Source: Lingula anatina
Lineage: Eukaryota; Animalia; Brachiopoda
Length of the DNA stretch: 64,000 nucleotides
Direction of reading: 5' to 3'
NCBI GenBank assembly: GCA_051362555.1
Contig: CM120643.1
Span: 8,742,001-8,806,000 of the forward strand
The number at the start of each line of letters is the position of its first letter. Position 1 is the stretch's first letter. Position numbers and translations under genes: made by a program. The notes below the pieces were generated by a model that had not been told where the DNA came from, did no database searches, and saw only the letters and a program-made list of their open reading frames with translations. Of the stretch, positions 13,101-26,512 are shown piece after piece.

Positions 13101-16100
13101 CACGCTGGGGTTGGGGTTGGGGCCCACGCTGGGGTTGGGGTTAGGATTGATAGTGGTGCCCTGAGTCACTGGGCGGGTGTTCTGTCCAGTCACTGGGTTT
13201 GTGACTCCACACAGAGGCTTTCTACAGCAGGCGTTGTTCTCATCTCTCACCCAGACACAGCCCTGAGGCAAGGCAGGATAGGATGGGCAACTGCAAAACA
13301 ATATATATATCTACCATTAAGTTGAACAGCCTCACTGGGACCATCAGTGATGTTTTAAGTTATCAAAAATCAAAAGTGAAATTCTGTAAAAGATTGTAAT
13401 TGTCAAATAAAAATAATCATCTCAATTAAAAAAAAAAAAGATATAATTTTTAGCCTAAACTACACCTTAATTCAAATTTAGTCTCAAATTTAGTTACTCT
13501 GAAGTAACTATATAGTATTATGTATTAAATACTGGTATAGTCCAGTTATAAAAATTATACTGAGGAGTTGATACATTTTGCAAAAATCTGCTTGATTAGA
13601 TCTCTTAAAAGAATGAGAATGATGTAAAAACAGCTACATTTCACTCACATTTCTGTGCACTGGTAGTTGCCAGTGGTGCCATCTACGCAAATGCAAGTGT
13701 AATCACAGCCATCCTGCCATCTTTGACCTTGAGTGTATGTGCGGCCTTTGTATTCACACAGATCTGGCAATAATTAAATTAAATCTTAATTACAAAAAAG
13801 AATCTAAAAAACATACAAAAGCAACACAACAAAATAAAATACAAATAACAAATCAAATTGCAATTTTATTCTTAAAGAAACATCTTGTTGAAATAAATCT
13901 AAAAAAAAACTTACTTCTCCCTGTGACTGGTTTTCCAATGCCAGTGATAGTTCCTGGACCAATGGGTGTGATGACTGGATTTGGATTAGGAGTGACATTT
14001 GGATTGGGGTTAGGGTTGGGATTAGGAGTAACATTAGGATTGGGGTTAGGGTTGGGATTGGGAGTAACATTTGGATTAGGATTAGGATTGGGGTTGGGTG
14101 CTATTGTTGTTCCCTCAATGGTTGGGAAGGAGCACTGTGGTTTCTTGCAGCAAACATCCAGCGGATCATTGACAAGTTTGCAGTAAGATGGAAGACTGGA
14201 ATATGTTGGGCATCTGGAACCATATGGAGACACTATAAATAATTGAACCTCTTTTTTTATATCTTACTTGCCAGCTTAATGAATTTTTAAATATGTTTAA
14301 CAACCTTGCATCTTTTATGTAATGTAAAAATATTATTTTTTGAAAATATTGACTGCCTTTGAAGAACAAAGTCAGAATATTCTTAGTGTAAATGAAAGTG
14401 GGTCCAGTAGAACTAAAAATTCTTCTCACCTGTCAGAACACCTGTAGAAGCCAGTCATGTCATTCTCACACACACAGTCTTGGCAGTTGTTGGTCCATCT
14501 CTGTCCCTGTGAGTACTGACGGCCATTCATCACACAGTAATCTGAATGATAAATAAATTTGATGAGACAAAAAAGAAAATATTGATCAAAATATCATCAT
14601 CATCATTTCTATGTTTGGTAAAAATAATTTGTATAATAGTGAAAGCAATTACTGATCTCAAGTTGGTACCAGTTTGCATGAAACAAAATGAATTATTATG
14701 TATTTAATATCTGAGAAATAGATCAGCACAAATCAATAATTTCATCATTCTAATCAATGAACTATTTCCTGATACTTACTCCTAGTTGGGAAGGTAGGGC
14801 GTGGCTTGGGTGTGGTACTTCCCAGCCCAGAGATCGGAGGGTTGGTAACAGCGGGGACGGTGCATTTTGGCTTTGAGCAGCAAGGGTCAGCTGGGTCAGC
14901 CTGGAGGGTACAGTAGCTCGGCAGGTTGACGTAACGAGCACATCTGCAAATATTACGACCGAGATTTTTTTTGGTAATGTCATATAATATTTCTATCAAA
15001 AGTCATTGATAAGCTTGGAAGGTTGACAAAATCTATACTTAATACAAGAAAGTAGTTAAATTAGACTTCTGTGACAAAAAATGAAAATTCCAATAATGCA
15101 AGGTTTTTTTTTCTTTTTCCAAAAAAAGTCAAACACTGAGAAAAGGGGCAACAAAAAGTTTCTTGTGTTTCATGTTTCTTAGCAGTCAATTTCCCTGTAC
15201 ATTTACCCTTAGAAAAAACAAAATATTATAAATTAAGTTTCAAAGATGGCGGACAACACCAAATATTCAACATTCATGTGCAGAAACAGATCTCTGCTGA
15301 TTACCTTTCCGTGCACTTGTACTTTCCTGTCTTTTCATCCTCACAGATACAATTGAAATCACAGCCATCCTCCCATTTCTCCCCAGTCTTGTATTTCTGT
15401 CCATTGTACAGGCAAACCTCTGCAAATTATGAAAAAATGTACATAACAAATGTGTATTTCTTTCGACTAGTCGTAAATTAAACATATACATACAGTTGCT
15501 GCATTATTAATCTTTTTTTACAGATGAAGGTAAAATAAACTGACTTTTAATTTTTTTTTCCAATCAAATTGTACCCAGTTAAAAGAAATTTGGGGACCAA
15601 ATATTGAACTTATTAATTATAAATAACTGAATAAAGTGAGAACTTTGAGGCATAGTGAAAGTTTATGTATAAATTCAAACGTTCTTTTTTCTTACCTTCC
15701 CTTACTGGAATAACTGGATTGGGGTTTGGTGTAACATTAGGGTTAGGATTAGGATTGGGATTTGGATTGGGGTTTGGTGTGGCATTTGGATTGGGGTTTG
15801 GATTGGGGTTTGGTGTAGCATTGGGGTTTGGATTGGGGTTTGGTGTAGCATTGGGATTTGGTGTAGCATTTGGATTGGGGTTTGGATTTGGATTAGGGTT
15901 GGGGTTTGGTGTTGGGTTTGGACGTCCAATTCCAGTAATTACTCCAGGAATGGCAGTTGGCACAATCGGCTGTCCTGTCCCTGTTCCTGAAACATATGCC
16001 AAAAATTGCTGTATATAGTGAGTTTTTGCATTTTTATTATAAGATATTGTTAAAGATACATACAAAGTCAATTTTTTGTCATAAAAACCAACCAAATGCC

Positions 16101-19100
16101 AGCATACAGTTTCAAGTAGTATAACTAAGAGAATTACCAAAAGGCATTGTTTAATTTTACCCGAAAGTGATGTTTGAACAGATTTTTCTGCCAGCATTCT
16201 ATGATGTATATCAATGGGACAGAAAAGTAGGTCACGAAAGTAGGTTAAATTGACAACCAAAAATTTAAAGAAAGGAGCACTCTAAAGCTCTTTTATGGCT
16301 GATCGGGTGATTTATTCAGTTTATCCCTTGGCAAGTCAAATTAGGGTCGTATAAGAAACTAGTAGAAGTGGTTTACATGTGTTACTGGGAATCCACGCTC
16401 CACCAATGCTCGGCTCGTATGTACCTTTAATCTTGATAAAAACTGACATCCCAGAAATACTCAAAAATTAAAAATTATCACATCGAATAAAATATTTTTT
16501 CATCACTTATCATAAACAAAAATTCATCACTCATCATAAAATATCACCAATAACAAAAAAAAAACAAAAAAACAGAGAACCCCACATCAGTTGCCAATTA
16601 TACTTGAACTGCCTAAAAATATGTGTTCGCAATTTTATAGAAATAATACTGAAATAAAATCCACACCTGTGATGGTTCCAGTGGTTCCTGGGAAGTTGCA
16701 TTGTGGGATCATACAACAAGAATCCTGGGGGTCGGTAACCATGGTGCAGTAGCTGGGGACGTTCGGGTATTTGGGACATCTGGGAAAAAGTTGACATATT
16801 AAAAATAATCAAGCTGCATGTTTCAGATCATCTCTGACTGCGACATAGGAGGTTTTTGCTATGTAGGCATTCAAGATGCACTGCGGGATAAAAAGTAGAA
16901 TCTTGAGGGCTGGTAACTCTAGCAATTCATCTGTATGGATGTTGAGGTATAAAAGAGTTACTGCGTATAATCAAACTAACTGTAATGAGAAAAAAATTGA
17001 GTTAAAAAAATTTTTAGATACTTCTTAATTTCCCCTCACCTTTCGTCACAGACCCAATAGCCTCTAATGGCATCTTCACAGCGGCAGTTCTTATCACAAC
17101 CATCAGTCCATCTCTGGTTCTGGGTGTAACGGGCATTGTTATACACACAATAGTACACTGAAATAAAAGAAAAACTATTTCCCATTGCAAAGCCAAATTT
17201 TTCATGAAGCAATCAATTTTTAATGTCCCTCCAAGACTACAGATAAAACTGTTGTGAAAGAATAAGATTCTTTATAAATGTATCATTTCAGCCTATTACA
17301 GCATAAAAAATGCTCAAAAAAGGAGAATAAATCAAAGCATTCTCCAATATATTACGTTACCTTGTTGGGATGGGTTGGGATTCACAACTGGATTAGTACC
17401 ACCACCTGTGATACCTCCTGGATTGGTGCCTGGATTGGTGCCTGGATTGGTGCCAGTGATGGTCCCTGGATTAGTGCCAGTGATGGTGCCTGGATTGGTG
17501 CCAGTGATGGTGCCTGGATTGGTGCCAGTGATGGTGCCAGGGTTGGTGCCGGTGATGGTGCCAGGGTTGGTGCCAGTGATGGTGCCTGGATTGGTGCCTG
17601 TAATGGTGCCTTGGCCAGTGTTGACACCCGTGGTGCCAGTAAAGTCACACTTTGGTTTCTGGCAGCAAGCATCGTTGGGATCAGGGATCAGGCGACACTG
17701 AGCTGGCAGAGCTTGGAATGTTGGGCACCTGTTACCAAGAAAAGTCGGGTATCTCAACATAATCTGCATTGTTCTTTCTTTCATATTGTAGTATTTTCTA
17801 ACAATTGGATGGTGCGGTAAAGCTTGGATTTCCCTTTACTTGCTATATAATATAACCTTAATTCTAATCTTTTATGACCTTATGGAACAATTTTTTCATT
17901 AGCACAAGTTCATCAACTTCTAACAAAAAGCATGAATTGTCATTGATTTTAAAACTATACTTACAGTAACAAAACCTGGTTACATGAGGTAAACATGATA
18001 CTGGCTTTAACAATTTTTATCTAGAGATCTGTTAAGACTACCAAGGAAATTCTAAACCAAAAAAACAATCAGTCTTGCATCATCAGTCGGTCAAATTATA
18101 AGGCAACTGCTTTGCATAATTCCCAGTCTAAAATAGTTTCAGTCTGAACATGCCTCAGTTAATCCCAGTTTTTATGAAGCTCACTGTCAACAGTGACAGG
18201 TAAAATTCTTTAACTTACCTGTCTGTGCACCTATAGTTCCCAGTTGTGTCATCCAAGCATTCACAGCTGTAGTCACAGCCATCTTGCCATTTTGCCCCTT
18301 TGCTATATTGTCTTCCCTTGTAGATGCAGTAGTCTGAGAAAATTATCAACCAATTATTCTTGATATATAATAAATAAACTAGTCTTAAATTTTAGCAAAT
18401 CATCTATTCAAATTGAATTATATAATCAACAATTTGCTTACAAAAATAAAATCATATAACTTGTGTGCACAAATAAGACTCTGTGTGTATGTGTGGGTGC
18501 ATTCATACATGCATACATGTAATTATTTTATCAAACAACTTACTAGGTCTGGACCCTGGTGCAGGTGTTGGTCCTCCAGGGACCACTGGGTTCCCAGTTC
18601 CTGTGATTATTCCAGGAACAGCAGTTGGGATGACCACAGATGTTCCTCCAGTCTGACTTCCAGGAATAACAACTCCTAGAAAACATAACAGAAAACAAAA
18701 ATTAAAAGATCCTCTGAGTAGTATGAAACCACATCCAATGGCTACAAACATTTCTGAAAAGCTTTTAAATTTTGAAACATCTTTAAGTTATTATATTTTA
18801 TCTCCAACTAAAAAGACTTTCAGGTTGACTGATCACCAAATTAAAATCCTTAATGTAAAATTTGGTACTCATGATTTGAATTGGCAAAAATTTCATCAAT
18901 ATATAAAATATCTTTAAAAACTGCTAGTATAGTTCAACACCACAGAACTAACATCAACAACATGTGTTTAATGTAAAAAGTGATGGCTTTTTCTAAATAT
19001 ACCTGGAACATTAGTGCCACCAGTTCCAGTAATCTGTCCATAAGTGGGCTGGAAATTACACTGTGGTTTCTGGCAGCAGGCAGGGTCCCTGGGGTCAGCC

Positions 19101-20546
19101 ACCAGGGTACAGGCACTGGGGTAGTCTCTGTAGGTGGGGCACCTGGGAAGAGTAGACAATACTCATATGTGATATTCGCTTTTTAAACAGCTTTCATCCA
19201 TGTGCAGTGATGCATTTTAATTTGATCTCAAAACCAAATTCTTTATTTATCTATTGTATTCCTTTTGCTCTGTATATTATCAAACTTGTTCCAAAAGGAA
19301 AATAATTTCCGATTTTTTTAATTGGCTAAATAAACCCTTATCTTTTATCATATTCAGTGTTTCATAGCTGCATGTATTTATTATTCACTAAAAAATATTA
19401 AATTGGAACTTTTGAAGTTACTACTTTACTACATTTATTCAACAAAATAACAGCATGGTGCATGTACTCTAGTAAAAATTTTTTTTTTAAATTTGTCAGC
19501 CTGTAGGTTTGAAAATGTATGTGTGGCGTTACGTTTGTGTTTACAATGCAACCCTGCTGTTAAAAAGTTAATCCTTCCAAGTTTAATGACAATAGAGCTT
19601 TGACATTACATATTTTATAAAAAATATCATTCCTAATATTTCCCTACGTAACATTTTTGTAGTAATGCCTATTTGTACGCAAGCTCCAACAGAAAAGAAA
19701 AAACTCAATGGATGAAAAAAAAATATAAAATCTCTGGTACCTATTGCTGCATCTGTAGAATCCTCGGGAACCATCTTCACAGACACACAAGTACTGGCAG
19801 CCATCATACCACTGTTGTCCCGTGGTGTAGTAGCCATTTTTATACACACAGTATTCTGTTAACAAAGTAAAAAGACTAATAAGTGACTGAAGATTACGCT
19901 TTTGAAAAAGTAAAAAGACTAAAAAGTAACTGAAGATTACGCTTTTGAAAAATTAACAAAAAAAGATAATGCGAAGGGTCTTTTTAGCTTTTTGCGTTGG
20001 ATTCTCTGAAGGGGTAGGGGGGTCTGGAAAAAGTCTAAGGCCGCATTCAGAACAGTAGACTAACTAGTTCGCGGGTCAAATATGGTGATCCAATAAAAAG
20101 CTTGTCATCTAATCTGCTAAAAGACACTGGATAGAATCCCCGTGGGAAATTATTCAAGTGAATTGGCCATATTTGATCTGCAGAATTGTTAGTCTTTTGT
20201 TGTGAATGCGTCCTAAATGATATTTCCACACTTACCTCCCTGTATGGGTGGCTGGGTAGGTCTGTTGGTGACCACGCCCCCTGTTTGCCCTGTGTTACCT
20301 CCATTTCCGCCGCCACTGACAGTGCCTACTCAAACAAAATATACATATTCCATTAAATAAATGAATATAAGAAATTCAATATAAAAGTTGCCTTACTGCC
20401 TTATATGTGAGACATGTACTGCCATGATTACTAGTATTTTCAATTCAGGTGAAAACTACCAGTTATTTTATGACTTCATTTTTTTTTGCATTACTTCATG
20501 AATAAGTCTGATGTGTTGTACTCTCCATAGCAGAGGCAAAATGCAC

Positions 20547-20590
<44 letters not shown>

Positions 20591-22009
20591 GCATACTTGT
20601 CTATGTGTACCAACCGAGGACATCAGCACAACACCATACAACCGAGGACATCTTATTCCTTGGTTAAATCAAAATAAAAACATTCAATTTAGGGTAAAAT
20701 CTATTCGAGTATAAATGTTATAAATTAATTTTTTATAAAAACTAATTTTTTGCTGACAAGAATTTTACATTCTAACCGAGGACACACACGGACACACACA
20801 CGGACAGACACTACACATTACAACCGAGGACATGCATGCATCTACATGTAATAATGATTGTACTTTTAATGCAAAGCAAATTTTATATAGCGTTACTTTG
20901 CAGCAATTCACATTTTTATGAAATTCTTTCATATTTAAGGTAAATTCCAAAATAACACCAGAGGTGATGATTAAATGAACAGTTATACAATATTTAATGC
21001 TGGGCTTTGCCACTTTTTTAGAATTGAAGATTATGAGATAAAACATCAATTAATTTAGGAAAAGAAAGGATACTGATGAAATAAAATAAAAGACCAAAGA
21101 AATTCGTTTTCAAACATTTTATTTTCATAATGCTTATTTTCTATTTAGCACTCTTTTATTATCATGAATTTTATATTTTGATAACACAAAGTGTCGTCCA
21201 TTGGATACAGACTTGCACAGTACACAATTTTACAATTGAGGACATCATGCCAGCAGCACCCAAAATTGTGCTTTCTTCCAATTTGATGCAATATTATATA
21301 ATGCTTAACAGCGTAATGATCATCAATTTTTTATAATAAAATATTAGTATCATGAATATTCAGAAAATGTGACTAGCAAAGGTTTTCAGGTTCATGGAAC
21401 TCCAAAGTCATACTTTGAAAATGCTAAATGTATACAATTTACTGCCATTTCACATGATCAACTAAGAAAATTGTTGAGATGGCAAAAATATCAATATAAC
21501 AAGTTTAAATGTCCAATTTCCTCCATTCCGAACATTGTGAATGATTGAATCTGACAAACTACAATGATACGAGTTCATTTCCATTTTGGCACTTTTTTTA
21601 CACAATACAAGATAACAGGTTTACCACCATTTTTATATAATCAACTAGCAATATTGTCAAGACGCAGAAATTGTCAATCAACCCATTTTACATATCTAGT
21701 AAATTCAATAATGAGACTGTTTACATGCCTGACAATCAAATCTGAGGAAAACCACTTATATACAAATAAAAGCTGAAGTCCCTCAAAACTCAACCAATCA
21801 ATCTTATTTTTAAATTTGATTTGTATATAGATAACATTGATCACTCTTGTGAGTTTAATGACAACAGGCCTATCGGTTCTCCCTGAAATGTGCTTACAGT
21901 GTTACTAATATGCTTTTACTAATAATCATCAGTTCTGTGAATTTCATGAAAACAGGCTTTAAGTTATTGGTTCTCCCTGAAATGTGCTTACAGTGTTACA
22001 TATATGCTG

Positions 22010-22049
<40 letters not shown>

Positions 22050-23943
22050 CAGCATAAAATTTGAAAGAAAAGGGCCTGGTCTTGCTGATTTTCAATCTTG
22101 ACCATTCTTTTACTAATAATCATCAGTTCTGTGAGTTTCATGAAAACAGGCTTATTGGTTCTCCTTGAAGTGTGTTTACAGTGTTGCATGTACACTGAAA
22201 AAAGGAGAAAAAAATGCAAAACTTTTGAAAATAATCACCCCATTTCCTCCATTTTGAGACACTGTATTACACAGTACATGATAACATGTTTACCGTCATA
22301 TTTATATAATCAACTAGCAATGTTGTAAAGATGCAGAAAATTTCAGACAAACACTAACATATTTACATATCTAGTTAGTTCAATAACGAAACTGTCAACA
22401 TGCCTGACAATCAAATCTGAGGAAAACCACTTATATATATCAAAACAAGGCACAACTTCCACAAAACTCAACCAATCAATCCTATTTTCAAACTTGATTT
22501 GTATATTGGTAACATTGATCACTCCTGTGAGTTTAATGACAATAGGCCTATCGGTTCTCCCTGAAATGTGCTTACAGTGTTACTTATATGCTGAAAATGG
22601 CAGAAAAAAAACAGCATAACTTTTGACAAAAAATGGCCCGGATATGCCGATTTTTGATCTTGACAACCCTTTTACTAATAATCATCAGTTCTGTGAGTTT
22701 CATGACAATAGACCTATTGCTTCTCCTTGAACTGTGTTTACAGTGTTGCATGTATGCTGAAAAAAGCAAAAACAACAGCAAATTTTCTGAAAAAAAAAGC
22801 AGCCCATTATGAAGATTTTCAAACTTGACCTGCGTTTAACTAATATTCATCAGTTCTGTGAGTTTCATGAAAATAGACCTATCGGTTCTCTTTAAAATGT
22901 TGCATCGCATATAATATTATGCTGAGAAAAGGGAAAAACAGCAACTTTGTAAAATTGGCCAGATCACACTGATTACGTTGATTGCAATTTATATAGCATT
23001 CCTTCTGGGAGAGATCGATCCATAGTTAGTACGATAGGATCTGGGAACGGTCCCTTAATCGTTTTTGCCGTGTGCATATCCGAACTGTAGGCCTATATAT
23101 CAGGACGCGTAATTGTCGGGGCGTCTTTTTTTTTCTTTTTTTATTTCACAAAGCGGTTCTTGCAAATGCGGTGTTTATGAATATGTGTGCTCTGTGTTAG
23201 CGACATGGACCGACAGGGGCCCATTCAAAATATAATTTCACTTCAGTTGTTAGATTTAGTATTTATTTTAGCAGCCAGGTGTATAACAAACAGGTCAGAT
23301 CTACAGGTGAAAAGAAGTGACTGTAGTTCGCAGAGCCATTATGTAATAATAAATGTTTCATAATGTCATAGCCTTCTTCAAACTGTCAGGGGTAGATTAA
23401 TTCATAGTTAGCTAAGGGGCCCTTTACACTGGACGGCGTCCTTTATGCGTCCTGTAGTACGGATCCATTTGAGAGTACAAAATTATAATACTTAACTTTC
23501 TGACGACTGGCCAATCACCATATATTCATTTTTTTCAACCAAAGCAATGCTTGTACCTCCTTTCTACGACCACAGTGATGCCAGTTTCTTGGTCGCACAA
23601 AGGACGCCGCCCCAGTGTAAAGGGGGTTTACGGACGATCCATTTACCCTTTTCATTTACTCTGAAGTATCGAATAAAAGAACTGATGGAATAAAAGTACT
23701 GGGTGGAAAAAATCTCGAAATTTAATAAAAGTACTGGATGGAATAAAAGTACTGGGGGAAAAAAACCTTTGCACCACTCCCCCCCCCCAAAAAAAAAAAA
23801 ATGAAATAAATAAATAAAAGTAAAGAAGAAGAAGAGAAAGAAAAAAGCTAGCTATTGATCATTGTAAAAAAAAAAAAAAAATTCACCAGGTAAAATTCAC
23901 TCAGTATTATAATTTATCTTAAAAACGGGATATCTAATTTATT

Positions 23944-24007
<64 letters not shown>

Positions 24008-25266
24008 CCATGAGTTAAATTTCATAATCGTCAGGGGCCGAAGACCCAGATATGTCGCACCTAAGCCGCCTCCGAGAGCCATACGGAGACGTTATTCATA
24101 GTAAATTTATTCTCAGATATAAGGTTCGTTTTGCATACCTGTAAATTCCTAAGGGTTTATCTTACATAGAAATGTGATTTAACATCGTTTAAATCATAAA
24201 TCGGCATGAAATAATTGACGTTTGAAAACAGGCACAACTTCTTTGCTGCACTTGAAATGACCTCCTTAGCTATAAATATGATCCTATCACCTTGCGACAT
24301 TGCATCATTCGATCGATGTACATGAGTAGTTGTCACTGTTGAAGGGAAAGCACGTCTATTTATAGGAACTGAAATCAGGTGACGCATGTACTGTTGTGTT
24401 CAGAGAGCGACTTACGCTTGACCTACTTTCCAGTGCTGTTTGTAGAACAGTCGGTAATGAGTTGAGATCTCAATTTTCTTCTCATTATACTTCAATTTAA
24501 GAAAATAAAAAGCGTGACTTGTACTTGTGTAATTTCTCACCGGTACAATATGTATTTAATAAACATACCGGGTGGAAGATTTTTGAAAAATTCATAAGCG
24601 TACTGGGTGAAAATGGAGCGTACCGGCGGGAAGAAATTTGGAAAATTAATTAACGTACCGGTACGTTTATTTGATACTTCAGAGTAATTCTTGCACCCTC
24701 AAAAGATTGTCGGTCCTAAGATCTACCGAGTGAGCCACAAATTCAGACAGTTCTTTTTTATTTAAACCACTCCAAGTCAGTTGTACTAATAAAGAAGCGT
24801 GCCGTAATATTTACAGTGCGATGATAGTTATGTAGTTACGTAACGGCCTAGGAGAGCTTAATTTGATAAAAAAGACCTTTACTTTAAAAATATGAACTTA
24901 CTGAATATATAGACATCTGAGATATAACATTAGTTTCAGTTTAGTCTGCCCTTTACAGCACAACCGAGGACGCGGAATTTGGTCCGCCCTTTACAGCACA
25001 ACCGAGGACGCGTGTGTATAGCCCGATTTCAGACAAAAAGTTGGACAGTATTTCTGATACACTCGTGGCGGGAATTTGGCCCGCGCTATACAGCATAACC
25101 GAGGACTGGCTCAGAATAGCGTCAAATTTCACCACCTAACTTGAAATGGGCCCCTTTATGCATTCCACTGCTTATGTCAACCGAGGACGTCCTCGGTTGG
25201 AGGTGTGTCCTCGGTTAGTGGGTTTCGGGCGGGTGTGTGTCCTCGGTTAGAATGCGTGCACAAGAG

Positions 25267-25316
<50 letters not shown>

Positions 25317-26461
25317 CTCACACACACACACACGTGTGCGAACACGTACCTGGTGCTGAGGTTGGCAGTTTGCAGTCAGGGATCTTACAACACCTGTTGT
25401 TAGGATCCTCCTTCAAAGTACAGAAGTAAGGGAGATTGCTGTATCGCTGGCAGCTATGGAGAAAAAGCGAGAAATTCCTATAAAATCAGTATATGGAAAT
25501 TTTGGGATAAAGATATTGATTTTGCCCCAATACAGTTTATTTCAGGTTTGAGAAATGGGTACACTGGGATAATGTAAATGTTGCCTAGGTAGTACTACTG
25601 TGCAGTATTGGCCATGCTAAGCCTTTTAGTGAGTTCCATTACGTAATATCCTTCTTAGTCTTAATGACAAAATGATAAGACTCCAAATTTGAATCATCTA
25701 GCATTACTAGTACACTAAACAAAATATTTCGCTAAATATAAAAAAGAAATTACATGTAACTTGGTTACAATAAACCTTGATAACATAACTTATACAAAGA
25801 CTAGTTGCTTTGAAGTCTAATGTAAATAAATTAATTTAAATGTTCAAATATAATAGGTACATCAGAACTATAGGACACACATATTAGGCAAACAGAAAGG
25901 TAAATTCATATCATATTAATACTTACATTTCTGTGCACCTGTAGAATCCAGATGTTGAGTCAAGACACTCGCAGTTGTATGTGCATCCATCTTGCCATTT
26001 GGCTCCCTGGGTGTACCTTTGTCCGTTGTAGTAGCAGTAGGTTTCTGCAATATCAAACGAGAGGACTTGCCTTATTTGGTTGTTAGATTAAAGTCTTACT
26101 CAAAAAGTTATGGTCAGGTTTTGATATTTTCAAGATAGGTCAGAAATGGACTAACTTAGAATGCTGGTGGTGATCCATTAATTAATTAATAATAATGTGA
26201 ATTTAGCTGCCTTGGTATTGGCTATGAGTTCTTTTCTAGTTTCAGATTGAAAAAAGCAAGAATGACATTTATTTTATTATCACAGTAAAAAAGCGAATGC
26301 CTAATACTTGGAATTAATCCCATATTCTTATAAGTTACAACTCATATCTTTTGAAAATCCTATCCACTACAAAAGGTCAAATATGTTACCATGATAAATA
26401 GATGCAATCATGAGAGTCCAAGGACAATGTGTGCCTGTGCGTGCATGCATGTTTGCGTGTG

Positions 26462-26512
<51 letters not shown>

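Noticed and set aside
13737-17820. Plus-strand GLGLG/GFGV/VPVM ORFs resembling elastin or silk
   Set aside because: Antisense shadows of the minus-strand Asn-Pro linker exons, which carry the splice signals and Cys pattern.
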